A stretch of DNA of 64,000 nt from Pseudolabrys sp. (GCA_035538755.1 DATLJR010000508.1:10151-74150), one strand, 5' to 3'. Shown: positions 47,115 through 56,019, numbered from the stretch's first letter. Translations and numbers: made by a program. Notes: generated by a model from the sequence alone, not told the origin.

Positions 47115-47219
47115 TTCTATGGCCTCCATTTCGGCAGGTTCCCGCCTGTCTCTTAACCCCCCAATCTGTCGCGCCTTTTGAGCAATTTAGGAACCCTCGT
47201 CTTTGCTCATCCCGCCTCG

Positions 47220-47252
47220 TGCTACCGAGTTCGGTAGCAAATTCGGTAGCAA
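47220..47252. repeat. Putative integrase arm-type sites
   Basis: TTCGGTAGCAA direct repeat (47230-40, 47242-52) plus inverted TGCTACCGA (47220-28). Confidence 0.55.
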
Positions 47253-47268
47253 CGTACACCGATTGTTC

Positions 47269-47502
47269 TTACCGGTGTCGGCCTCTCATAGAGTCGCGAC
47301 CCGCGCCATATTCGCCGCCCAATTCCTTTGAGTCAGGGCACATTGTTTCACGCCCCGCCTGAATGATGGCTGAGCAGGCCTCGATCTGCTTTTCGTCGGA
47401 ACCGTTTTCGCAGTCCTTCCACTGTTGTGAATACTGTGCTGCCGCAGGCAGCAAGTTCGCCAATATGAAGGTAGGGACAACTATCGCCTTCAATACGCGC
47501 AT
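47269..47502 (-). pseudogene. Truncated exported protein (TPR-protein-like N-terminus)
   Basis: Signal peptide plus WKDC…QIEACSAIIQAGRET, then unrelated sequence from about 47343. Confidence 0.5.
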
Positions 47503-47561
47503 CCACGTTTTCCTTCGAATGCGGGAGGAATACCAATCAGCATATCGGAGCAGTCATCTAA

Positions 47562-47870
47562 TTAAACGAAACGCGGGATCGGCCCGTTGTGTGGGGTCAT
47601 GCGATCCGAAAGATCGAACGCGACTTCGTCAATGTAGCACCAGCCCCATCCTTCGGGCGGATCGTAGCCTTCGATAATAGGGTGTCTGGTTGCGTGAAAG
47701 TGCTTCGTCGCGTGGCGATTGGGAGAATCGTCACAGCACCCAACATGGCCGCACGTACGACACAGACGTAAATGGACCCACTTGTCGCCTGTCTTCAAGC
47801 ACTCCTCACAGCCCAGAGCGCTCGGTGTGACATTACGAATGTATTTCAAGTGACTGCATCCATTGGCCAT
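47562..47870 (-). CDS. UBP-type zinc finger protein
   Basis: CSHL…GCEECLKTGDKWVHLRLCRTCGHVGCCDDSPNRHATKH…WGWCYID. Confidence 0.9.
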   Translation of the reverse strand: MANGCSHLKYIRNVTPSALGCEECLKTGDKWVHLRLCRTCGHVGCCDDSPNRHATKHFHATRHPIIEGYDPPEGWGWCYIDEVAFDLSDRMTPHNGPIPRFV

Positions 47871-47929
47871 CTGGGACGCCCTTTAAGCTGGGGCACTTTG
47901 AACGATCAAATAAGGTGAATGCGATGAGC

Positions 47930-48001
47930 GTACGCTTTCGGCGGTAAGGCGGACATGACTTTGTGCGGCGTGAATGTCTGCTTTTGACCCAAGGCGGACA
48001 T
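47930..48001. repeat. Paired ATGTCYGCTTT…GCGGACAT palindromes, site 1
   Basis: gtacgctttcggcggtaaggcggacat + atgtctgcttttgacccaaggcggacat. Confidence 0.75.
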
Positions 48002-48075
48002 TGGGTGCGGGCCGTAAGGCGCTTGAGGAAGTAGGACAGTTTAGTGAAATAGGCCCTATGCCGAACGTGCTCCGA

Positions 48076-48341
48076 TTAGTACGGATGAGCGCCACGTTTT
48101 CGGGTCTGCTCCGCAGGTCCAGCGACGTAGTACGGGCTCGGAGTGCAAAAGCCTCGATTGCCTGCCAAAATATTGCCTCTGCGGTAGCAGTCTTCGAACG
48201 AGCCATACTGGCAGTCCCAATACCAGTCACCTGTGCCCATGTCGATCAACGCGCACCACGGAGCCTGTGCGCCCTCCGCGTGTCCGCGACTGAAGCTTAT
48301 GGATGAGCCGCCACAGCCACCAAAATCGTACGTATCATCAT
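48076..48341 (-). pseudogene. DUF3551-like small secreted protein, frameshift in signal peptide
   Basis: [12 protein letters not shown] is in a different frame from [10 protein letters not shown]…[10 protein letters not shown]…[12 protein letters not shown]. Confidence 0.6.
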
Positions 48342-48575
48342 CTTTCAAACTCCATGCAGGAGCTAGTAATAACACCAAGGAGGTTGTCGCTATTTCAATA
48401 TGTCGTGGTACGCAAATCGCTTTCTGACTGACTCAGCAACGCCTCTTGGTCACGATGGCGGCAGCGATTACCAAGTTCACCGCCCTGCCGGTAACGTACC
48501 ACCAGTATCAAATACCTGTGGGCGAGTCGGGATTCAGACGAACGTCCACGGATAGTGACCTCTATAATCCACGCC

Positions 48576-49058
48576 ATGTTGAGGAGAGCCGCGCCGCTAG
48601 TGATCGCATTTGCGCTTATCGCGCCCGACGTTCAGGCGTCGCCGCAATGTATGACCAAGCAGGAGGCGCGCGCGAAATGGCCCGCGAAGCCTATCTATTT
48701 GCACGGTTCGAGCCGTTGTTGGAATGACCAACCGCTGAGCAGCCGCCATTTGACTACACCGGCTGTAAATACATCGGATAGCGCTACTAAGGCGCTCGCA
48801 TTGGACTCCTCTGCGCCTCGCCCGAAAGCGACAAAGACCGAAATCTTTTTTCCGGCGGTCGTCGTCAGGAACAGCGCGAGTATCGATTTTTTCCCCGGCA
48901 CGCCCGCGAGTACCGAGTTGTTTGCCGGCGCGCCAATGACTGGCTGGCCGCTGCTGATCAACGTTGATGACGAAGCACCAAAGCCGAACAACGGCGTCGA
49001 CGGTTGCTGCTGGCCATCACTGGATACGCTGAGGGCGTTGGTAGAAGCGGTAAAATAA
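48576..49058 (+). CDS. Hypothetical secreted protein
   Basis: Signal peptide, CMTKQEARAKWP…YLHGSSRCW. Confidence 0.6.
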   Translation: MLRRAAPLVIAFALIAPDVQASPQCMTKQEARAKWPAKPIYLHGSSRCWNDQPLSSRHLTTPAVNTSDSATKALALDSSAPRPKATKTEIFFPAVVVRNSASIDFFPGTPASTELFAGAPMTGWPLLINVDDEAPKPNNGVDGCCWPSLDTLRALVEAVK

Positions 49059-49139
49059 GCCTCTAAAATCATCCTCTCCATCATAAGGTTGGAATAAGAA
49101 TTAGATTGGGCGGTCGGCTGAACGGGAGCGGGTCGTTTG

Positions 49140-49592
49140 ATGATCTCACTTCGAACACTTGCCGCCATTTGCGCCACGTTGGTTTGGGTTGAAACATGCT
49201 CGGCCGATTGCTCCTCACTCCGAGCACTCGCTCAACAGCACGCCAATGACATGGCTCGCCGCAACAGTCTCGATCACGCTGGATTCATGCAGCATCGCGG
49301 GCCGGCCGGTGCCGTAGCCGAAAATGTGGCGATGGGATGCGCGACCGAGGCCTGTGCAAGGCGAATGTGGATGCAGTCGTCACCGCACCGCGCGAATATG
49401 ATGCGCGGCGGCTGTCAGGCTGTCGCATCTGCGATATCTGCCAGCGGCCGCCGATATTGGGCAATGGAAATTGGTGGCAGCAGTAGTGCTCGAGTCCGTT
49501 ATGCTGGTGCCGTTCGCGTTCGGGCCACGCGTAGAGGTGGCGGCCGCGCCGATGAATTTGGTCGGGACATGACCATTGATCCCTACCGTTGA
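49140..49592 (+). CDS. CAP (SCP-like) domain secreted protein
   Basis: AQQHANDMA, DHAGF, AENVAMG, WMQSSPHRANM, YWAM. Confidence 0.8.
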   Translation: MISLRTLAAICATLVWVETCSADCSSLRALAQQHANDMARRNSLDHAGFMQHRGPAGAVAENVAMGCATEACARRMWMQSSPHRANMMRGGCQAVASAISASGRRYWAMEIGGSSSARVRYAGAVRVRATRRGGGRADEFGRDMTIDPYR

Positions 49593-50060
49593 GCGTTAAC
49601 AGGTAACCTGACCTCGCTGCCGACCGCCGTGAGGCCTATCTAGAGGCCACGGTTGTCTCATCCGTCTGGCCACTCGTTGGAGCGGTTTGCCGCGATCAAT
49701 CAGCACCCTCCTGAGCCAAACGTCCCGCCAAGCGACTTCTTCAATTGGGTGCGGCTCGGCAGTACTAATTTTCTTGTTAGGCATGGCCTGACACCAAGTC
49801 ATTGCTCATCGGAAGGATGAATAAACGACAAATGCAAATTCCGATGAACTCACTCAATGACCCAGCTGAGAATAAAGTCATCGCTTCGTATACAGCAACA
49901 CCATGCTCGGAATCGCGAATAGAACGAGCAAGAGGACGGAAAGGTCGCTCAACATTTCAGCTACACGCAGCTAAACTTGCGCAAAAAACATCGCAACAAT
50001 TATGATGATATACGCTATTAATTAAGATTCTGTTGGTGGGCGTTTAGCGGCAACGACGCC

Positions 50061-50087
50061 TGTCTGCTTTTGGCCCTTGGCGAACAT
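50061..50087. repeat. Palindrome family, site 2
   Basis: tgtctgcttttggcccttggcgaacat, 5 bp beyond the GNAT stop. Confidence 0.6.
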
Positions 50088-50092
50088 AGCCG

Positions 50093-50617
50093 TTACTTGG
50101 AATGAATATCGACTTCTGATGGTTGGTCGTATGCAAGGGCGATATACGCAACGCCCTCGTTCGTAAAAGCACCGAGATCGCGCATCCCCATTTTGTGGTG
50201 CGCTCGGAGCGACGGGGCATTATCTGCCCGCACAAATGTCATCAGAGGACGACCATCCATATGCGTTTGCAAGACTTTGAACAGCGCGGCGGCGAGCCCA
50301 TTTCCGCGCTCATTTTCGGCGATGCAGACAGGCCCGTAGAGATAGCAATCATGGGGAGGTGGGAAAGCACGCAGCATGGTTTGGATGATCCGCACGTGTG
50401 CTTTCGCTGCCAGTGAAGTTCCCAAGACGTAGCCCACAACTTGCCCATTGCGCCGGCCGACCACGATCGATTTTTCTAAGATCGCATTCCTGAACCAGTC
50501 CGCGGTCTGGCGTACCGAAAGACTGCCGCCGTGATCGGGTAGGTTTGGCTCCTGTACCGTCAAGATGCCGGGAATATCGTCCGGGGTGGCGAGAGAAATG
50601 TCGTAACTGAAAGTCAT
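50093..50617 (-). CDS. GNAT family N-acetyltransferase
   Basis: GPVCIAENERGNGLAAALF (motif A), NAPSLRAHHKMG. Confidence 0.85.
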   Translation of the reverse strand: MTFSYDISLATPDDIPGILTVQEPNLPDHGGSLSVRQTADWFRNAILEKSIVVGRRNGQVVGYVLGTSLAAKAHVRIIQTMLRAFPPPHDCYLYGPVCIAENERGNGLAAALFKVLQTHMDGRPLMTFVRADNAPSLRAHHKMGMRDLGAFTNEGVAYIALAYDQPSEVDIHSK

Positions 50618-50679
50618 CCGAGCCCAATCCCAACCAACCCAACAGTAGCGTTAGCGGCAGTATTTGGTCGAGTTAACCG

Positions 50680-50752
50680 ACGTCCGCTTCTGGCCCATAG
50701 CGGACATGGGCTGTCGTACTGCAAATGTCTGCTTTCGGGGGTAGGGCGGATA
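50680..50752. repeat. Palindrome family, site 3 (paired)
   Basis: gtccgcttctggcccatagcggacat + atgtctgctttcgggggtagggcgga. Confidence 0.75.
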
Positions 50753-50897
50753 GCCGTAGAACAAAACGGCACTACGCAAGGCTTTCTTGCATTTTTCAGC
50801 TTCGAAAAACCCGCGTGCGTAAAGGGCTGCGTAAACAAACGTGCAATGGTACGTCAAAATTAAATGCCTTCCTCTGGCGGCCGATTATTTTATCGCC

Positions 50898-51017
50898 ATG
50901 GATACAGAGCTACGTGGCGTTGTGATTGGGTTGCTAATTATCATTTTGCTCTGCGGCGTTCTGTTGGTCGCGGCTAAGGGCGCACCTATTATCTTGAAAT
51001 TTCTTGTCATGCTGTGA
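50898..51017 (+). CDS. Putative small membrane protein (39 aa)
   Basis: MDTELRGVVIGLLIIILLCGVLLVAAKGAPIILKFLVML; no clear RBS. Confidence 0.4.
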   Translation: MDTELRGVVIGLLIIILLCGVLLVAAKGAPIILKFLVML

Positions 51018-51148
51018 TTTCCGACCGCTTATGCGCCCATGCCATAGGGGCCGGCCTCTTACATCAAACGGATGAAGATCGCGACGATCGCTGACAGCGG
51101 TGTCCCTCTATTGGCTCGGGTTTGGGCGACATCGCCAGCAACTAATAT

Positions 51149-51844
51149 TTAGCTTTTGCCCGTCAACGCATTCCACTCATACTGGCTGAGGTGCAGTTCG
51201 TAGCTTCTCACCGCCCAAAATGTTGCGAACACCCAAAGGCCAGCCGCCTCAACAAAAAATATCCGCTCGTCAGAAACTCCTAGGATGCGGGTCATCACAA
51301 TTGCTGTGAGCGGCGCTACGATCATTAGGATCCCGAGCGTTTTGTAGGCCCACCAGAACCATCGACGTTTCCGAGTGTCAGACAATTTGATCAACGTTCC
51401 ATTCGTACAGAACAAAGCAACAAGGGCGATGCAGGAAAAGGCAACAACACCAGCTATTTCGTGGATATAGGCAAATGTGTTGCTCCCACAGTTGTCGCAG
51501 TAGTCCGGCGTCTGCATTGGAACCAGCGCGGCAACGACGCCGGCTGTACCCGCTATATTCAGCAACCAGTCTTCCCACCATGAGAACCTTTTGTACAAAA
51601 TCATAGTAACGCCAAGCATGAATAGGAGCCCGACAAACACGGCACGGCCGGGAAAAACGCGCAATGTCGAGTTCTCCGGTGCGAAGGCGAAGTAGTATGC
51701 GCTCATCGAACCCTGAAGATGAATCTGATTCCACCAGCCAATTGCGATAAGCAACAGCGGAAAGGCAATAGCGAGCACGCAAAACCCATTTCGAAGCCCG
51801 TAGTAGGTTTTGTAAATGTGCTCTTGAAGCTTTTCTGGCTTCAT
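51149..51844 (-). CDS. Multi-pass membrane protein (DUF998-like)
   Basis: About 6 TM segments, SMSAYY, LNIAG, HEIAG, FFVEAAGLWVFATFW; GGGGG RBS. Confidence 0.75.
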   Translation of the reverse strand: MKPEKLQEHIYKTYYGLRNGFCVLAIAFPLLLIAIGWWNQIHLQGSMSAYYFAFAPENSTLRVFPGRAVFVGLLFMLGVTMILYKRFSWWEDWLLNIAGTAGVVAALVPMQTPDYCDNCGSNTFAYIHEIAGVVAFSCIALVALFCTNGTLIKLSDTRKRRWFWWAYKTLGILMIVAPLTAIVMTRILGVSDERIFFVEAAGLWVFATFWAVRSYELHLSQYEWNALTGKS

Positions 51845-51904
51845 TGATCCCCCCGCTCATCGGAATGACGCCGCGTTTCATAGCACCACACAAGCCGCCT
51901 CGCC

Positions 51905-51920
51905 TGTGATCTAGTTCACA
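51905..51920. promoter_or_regulatory. CRP-family binding site
   Basis: Perfect TGTGA-TCTAGT-TCACA, 61 bp upstream of the membrane protein start. Confidence 0.6.
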
Positions 51921-51959
51921 TTCGCTCGAAATCTGGCACGTCATCGTAAAAAGCGCGAG

Positions 51960-52134
51960 TGGCCGATTTCTAAGCCACCCGTCCTCAAGCCTCACGCTTC
52001 AGTTCTGTCCGCTGCCCGATAGGTGGCCGCGAATGAGCAGAGCGCGGGTGCCCGACGTGGTGTCGGTGTGGCTGGGACCAAAGATCACGCAGCGAGTGAC
52101 ACCTCCGTTTATGACCAAGGCGCACGTGCCCGAC
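51960..52134 (+). repeat. Dispersed island repeat, copy D (3' portion) with internal 24-bp direct repeat
   Basis: tggccgatttctaagcc identical to 60265-81; 52014-56 matches 61939-82. Confidence 0.75.
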
Positions 52135-52444
52135 ATATCTCGCGCTAAGTCGAGGCCCTAAGGCGGTCGTATTGCGCAATTTTTGCGACGACCATGCGCG
52201 GACTCGGTTTCTTTGCTACTTATTTCTCGGACGAGCCCAGGCTTGGGCTGCCACCTCGGTCGTTCTGGTGAGCATGTTTCACTTCACGACTAAGTGAGCT
52301 AACACGCCAGTCGTCGTAGGTGCCTGATACTCTCGTATCGCAGCCAGATTTAATGCAGAATTTATTAGAACCAACGCCCCACGGTCATATTGGAACGGTA
52401 GCCTGCACAAAGGGACGGGTGTGTCCGTAAAGTGAGGATCACCC

Positions 52445-52561
52445 ATGACAATACAGCGTGATCAAAGATCGTATTCCAATTTTGCAGCAGCAGGCCAACT
52501 AACGCTCTTTGGCGCGGCAGCAATCGTACTCTTGTTCTTCGCTTGGACTTACATCCACTAG
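52445..52561 (+). CDS. Putative small membrane protein (38 aa)
   Basis: GAGGA RBS; MTIQRDQRSYSNFAAAGQLTLFGAAAIVLLFFAWTYIH. Confidence 0.55.
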   Translation: MTIQRDQRSYSNFAAAGQLTLFGAAAIVLLFFAWTYIH

Positions 52562-52642
52562 CTTAATCAACTTTGAAGGTTTCGCGCAGGCAGCACCGCG
52601 TGAACCACCGTCCGCGTGGGTTGCCATCGCAAGGAGGGTGTC

Positions 52643-53056
52643 ATGAACCGAGCTTCTATTACTACACTCGCGAAGATTTCTTGTGGCGAAGCAGCTTTCC
52701 GTAGAGTGAAGATGCTGGTCTTAGTCGGTGCGGCGGCTGTCGTTGCACGATCTTTTGTCGCGTTCGCTGCGGAAGTGCCCACCTTCGACCTCCACAAAAC
52801 CTGCAGGGCCGATGTAGGGGCTTATCAGAGCACGACCACCGGCCAAGCTAGTGGTCAAGACAGCAGCCAAGTCAGTGAACAGGGCTGCCTTAAATCAGAA
52901 CAAAGTGCGCGAGAAACGCTTGTAAGTCATTGGACGCAGTTTACCCCGGCAACCAGACGGGAGTGCTTAGAAATCCAAGGCGATGGTGCCACTTCCCGGA
53001 GCTACGTTGAGCTGCTCACCTGCCTGCAAATGGCAAATGACAAAACCTTTAAATAA
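52643..53056 (+). CDS. Hypothetical secreted Cys-paired protein
   Basis: AAGGAGG RBS; VPTFDLHKTCR…CLKSEQSARETLVSHW…C…SYVELLTCLQM. Confidence 0.7.
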   Translation: MNRASITTLAKISCGEAAFRRVKMLVLVGAAAVVARSFVAFAAEVPTFDLHKTCRADVGAYQSTTTGQASGQDSSQVSEQGCLKSEQSARETLVSHWTQFTPATRRECLEIQGDGATSRSYVELLTCLQMANDKTFK

Positions 53057-53274
53057 CCCGAAGCGAGGGACGGGAGACGAGGCCCCAGTCCTTGTTAGCA
53101 GGTCCGCCGGTCGCGATTGGTGCGGCGCCGGTAACCACATGAACACTAACTGCCGACGCGCGCCAAGAAGCCGTCGCACCAACCCGCGTACTCTGTTAGG
53201 ATCCAGTTCCAAGGAGCTTGTCACAGGGCTACGACACTTTCGTGCCAGGGCCAGCACGCTAAAGGAAACCCGTT

Positions 53275-53493
53275 TCACGACGCTGGCGTGACGGTTTCCA
53301 TATTGACGCTGTTTCCTGCTTTGCGTTCGACAGCGTCTGCCACGCGACTCCAGGCCATATAGCCCTCAAGGTCACCATTTCTTTGAAGTTTGTCGGCGGT
53401 CTTGCGCGCGTAATAGTGTGCCGATTTTCCATGTCGACCCATCAAATAGCGCGCGTAGATTTCGACGGCGTCATCCTCTTTTGGCATCCACAT
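53275..53493 (-). CDS. Hypothetical protein
   Basis: AGGGGG RBS; MWMPKEDDAVEIYARYL…GDLEGYMAWSRVADAVE. Confidence 0.6.
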   Translation of the reverse strand: MWMPKEDDAVEIYARYLMGRHGKSAHYYARKTADKLQRNGDLEGYMAWSRVADAVERKAGNSVNMETVTPAS

Positions 53494-53536
53494 TTTGTAT
53501 TTAACCCCCTTACTAAGACTGAAAAAGTCGAAACAA

Positions 53537-53610
53537 ATGGCCGCGTTGGCCCATAGCAAACATTAGTGTTTGCGCGGCTGCGAATGTCCGCTTTCGAGCT
53601 GAGCAAGACC
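53537..53610. repeat. Palindrome family, site 4 (paired, degenerate)
   Basis: atggccgcgttggcccatagcaaacat + atgtccgctttcgagctg. Confidence 0.6.
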
Positions 53611-53787
53611 ACTGTTTGCGACTTGCCAATCGGAAGTCATCAGTCGCCAATCCGGCCTAACATCGAACCCATCTTTGCAAAGACGGTTGGCACAGAGTTG
53701 GTGCCCGCTTGGGCTAAGGACCAACGCATCACCGCATTCTGCGCAGACTGTTAACAGTGACACTCTGTTGTGTTTCTTGGCCTTCAT
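53563..53787 (-). CDS. Small putative Zn-ribbon protein
   Basis: CAECG…CANRLC; C-terminus runs into palindrome site 4. Confidence 0.4.
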   Translation of the reverse strand: MKAKKHNRVSLLTVCAECGDALVLSPSGHQLCANRLCKDGFDVRPDWRLMTSDWQVANSGLAQLESGHSQPRKH

Positions 53788-53798
53788 TACTCTGCCTT

Positions 53799-53823
53799 AA
53801 AAAAACCGCCGCGTTAGCGGCGG
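53799..53823 (-). terminator. Intrinsic terminator (minus strand)
   Basis: CCGCCGC-taac-GCGGCGG-TTTTTTT. Confidence 0.75.
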
Positions 53824-54273
53824 GTTGAAGACTTGGCCAAACGCGGCGCGCGAGGCAGCCCCCTCTGAAACACCTCCGCGAACTCGTTCCAGCACTTGGC
53901 TGTAATTTTGATTGTTCGCTTAAGGCAATTCGCTTGGCGCAGTCTTGTTATTTCCAGCCAAAGAATTGGCAGTTGCTTCCCAGTAAGACGAGGCGCGCAC
54001 GGGAATACCGCCTCGAGTTCTGCGATGCTTGCACCGTATTGCGCAAATAGTCAGTGCCCTCCTGCGGACGTGCGCGGACGTTTGACTGTCCAACGTGCGC
54101 TTATGCGGAAACGGTAACTGTGAAATTCCGATAAGGCGCTAAAACATTTTCAGCGAACCGGGGCGAGCAAGCTTAGCCCAGCCTGCAAAGCGTATTTTAA
54201 ACCGAGTTTACAGCAACAAACGAATCGTTGCCCCATGGTCCAATCCACGGGATACCACCCCTCTTGTATAATT

Positions 54274-54299
54274 GGAACGTTCGGGGGCTGGGAGCCATT
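54274..54299 (+). promoter_or_regulatory. Putative EcfG (general stress) promoter
   Basis: GGAAC-N17-CATT immediately before AGGAG RBS and ATG 54314. Confidence 0.5.
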
Positions 54300-54313
54300 G
54301 TCAGGAGCACAAC

Positions 54314-54754
54314 ATGGCCAAACTTTCTGAACAACTCGCTGACTTGTCAGTCCGCGCAAAACACGCAGAGGACGCCGCCAGTGCGGCGCAGAAGGAAGCG
54401 CATGACAAAGTGATGGCACGCAGGGAGCAAGCGCGCGCTGCGGCTACGGCGGCGGCCGAAAAAGTAGAGCGCAACATAAAGTCCGTTGGCGACAACGTGA
54501 AATCGGCAGGAGATGCTGCCACGAAGAAATGGGCCGCGTTCCAATCGAAAATTTCCAACGACCTGCAATCGATAAAGGAAGGCATTGCTCAGAAGAAGCA
54601 TGACCTGGACGTAAAACATGCGGAAAAGCACGCCGATCGCCTCGAGTGGGAAGCCGGACTCGCCGTAGATTATGCTATTGCCGCTGTTGAACAGGCAGAA
54701 TTGGCTGTCCTTGATGCTGTGGCCGGCCGAATGGAAGTTGGACAAACTAAGTGA
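54314..54754 (+). CDS. Alanine/lysine-rich helical hypothetical protein
   Basis: AGGAG RBS; MAKLSEQLADLSVRAK…AVDYAIAAVEQAELAVLDA. Confidence 0.75.
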   Translation: MAKLSEQLADLSVRAKHAEDAASAAQKEAHDKVMARREQARAAATAAAEKVERNIKSVGDNVKSAGDAATKKWAAFQSKISNDLQSIKEGIAQKKHDLDVKHAEKHADRLEWEAGLAVDYAIAAVEQAELAVLDAVAGRMEVGQTK

Positions 54755-54849
54755 AACTAGCGGTGGTTGCGAAGCCTTACGTTTGCGATTGAGCATCGAG
54801 GGTGCGGAGTAACGCATCCGCGCCCTCACGCCTCAGTCACTTTCAGGAT

Positions 54850-55120
54850 TCACGATGCTTTTCCTTGCGCGTCGCCGACAATCTGCAAGATACGGCGCGA
54901 TTCATCCGGGCCGCTTTCACTCGTAAGGAGAGCAGCTGCGATGGAGATCATGTGGATCGCTGCCTGCACTGCTACGTCGACGCCATCTCGGCAGTAGGCA
55001 ATCCTGAGGATGGCCTCGGCGCTCTCGGCGTGCTGGTGCGAATCATCGACCATGATGCAACAGCATGCGCCCCGAATAGGTTGCGGACAACGTCGGCATA
55101 ATGGTTTGTTGATAAATGGG
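54850..55120 (-). pseudogene. Possible degraded hypothetical gene
   Basis: Protein-like segments in two frames (YADVVRNLFG; AEAILRIAYCRDGVDVAVQAAIHMISIAAALL); boundaries approximate. Confidence 0.3.
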
Positions 55121-55257
55121 ACGCGGTTGCCACTTGTGCTGTATTGAGCCGGGGCGGCGCTGATAGGCTTAGCCGCGCGTTTGGATGTCTGCTTTTGGCG
55201 GAAATGTGTCCAACAGAGTCCTGTCGGCATGTTGTGATCGGCAACGCGTGGTTTTCA

Positions 55258-55662
55258 TTAAAAACATGGCCACGTGTCGTGCATCGCTTGCATCACTCCT
55301 GTGTCCGCGCTTGTACTCCATTTTTCAAGATGTTCGTTTGCCCACTCGCTGAAGGCCTCAACCATCGCATCATTTGACACAAATGATTTTGGACATGCAG
55401 ATGGGATTGTGTTTTTCGCTAGATCAGGGGGACGTTTAAGGTCTTTCAATGCGAGTCCATTCGTAAAGACCTGACGTCCGGCGTTTGAAACAAATTCCAA
55501 ACAGAAGATTCTCTCAAGACTTCCTTTGTATTGGCACTGTTTGTAAAGTTCGTGAACATTCCACATAGTTTTTTCAGTTTCTGCAAATGTTGGAAGTTCG
55601 ATAATTGCTGGGAGAACAATGGCCGCCGCCATCAGCATCACGTGAAGTGGTCTCGCGTTCAT
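55258..55662 (-). CDS. Rap1a/Tai-family immunity-like exported protein
   Basis: Signal peptide; LYKQC…FCLEFV…ACP…VEAFSEWANEH…VMQAMHDTWPC pattern. Confidence 0.7.
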   Translation of the reverse strand: MNARPLHVMLMAAAIVLPAIIELPTFAETEKTMWNVHELYKQCQYKGSLERIFCLEFVSNAGRQVFTNGLALKDLKRPPDLAKNTIPSACPKSFVSNDAMVEAFSEWANEHLEKWSTSADTGVMQAMHDTWPCF

Positions 55663-55787
55663 TGCTGCCCGGTTCCTTCAATCGACACGGCCAAAATTCG
55701 GGCACCATCAAATTCCGCTTCTATCCTATTCGGCGCATATTGCAGTTCTGTTGCGGCTATATGTACTCGCTGCTGCCACGTGATCTA

Positions 55788-55803
55788 TGTGGGATAACTC
55801 ACA
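55788..55803. promoter_or_regulatory. CRP-family site, one mismatch
   Basis: TGTGG-GATAAC-TCACA, 126 bp upstream of the Rap1a-like gene. Confidence 0.4.
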
Positions 55804-56019
55804 TCACGGCGAACTTTATTTATGAGTGAGGAATGCTACCGCGAAGGCTCACTCGTGCGGCGTCTTCCTTGGAGTAACAAGAGGGTTGAGGCAAAAACGC
55901 GGACGAGGTCGTTACGCGTCGGCTACAGCCAAGACGTATGCATGTCACGGCGGCTTCGCCATTTCATCATATGATTAAGTTAGGTGTGAGGCGCCAAGCC
56001 CATGTAATGGAGACTTCTC

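Noticed and set aside
47115-47152. Degenerate tRNA 3' half (GCAGG-TTCCCG-CCTGT)
   Set aside because: No complement to the anticodon stem or acceptor stem; spacing and loop do not fit a T-arm.
47026-47259. 77-aa ORF containing RKPLLYPAELQD
   Set aside because: Reverse-strand reading of the tRNA fragment and att flank.
47113-47400. Group I intron in tRNA-Arg(CCU), known in some Alphaproteobacteria
   Set aside because: No recognisable P7/R-S core, no convincing P1 guide pairing and no 3' exon in the following sequence.
52033-52134. Mini CRISPR array
   Set aside because: Only two divergent adjacent repeats, a 54-bp spacer and no cas genes.
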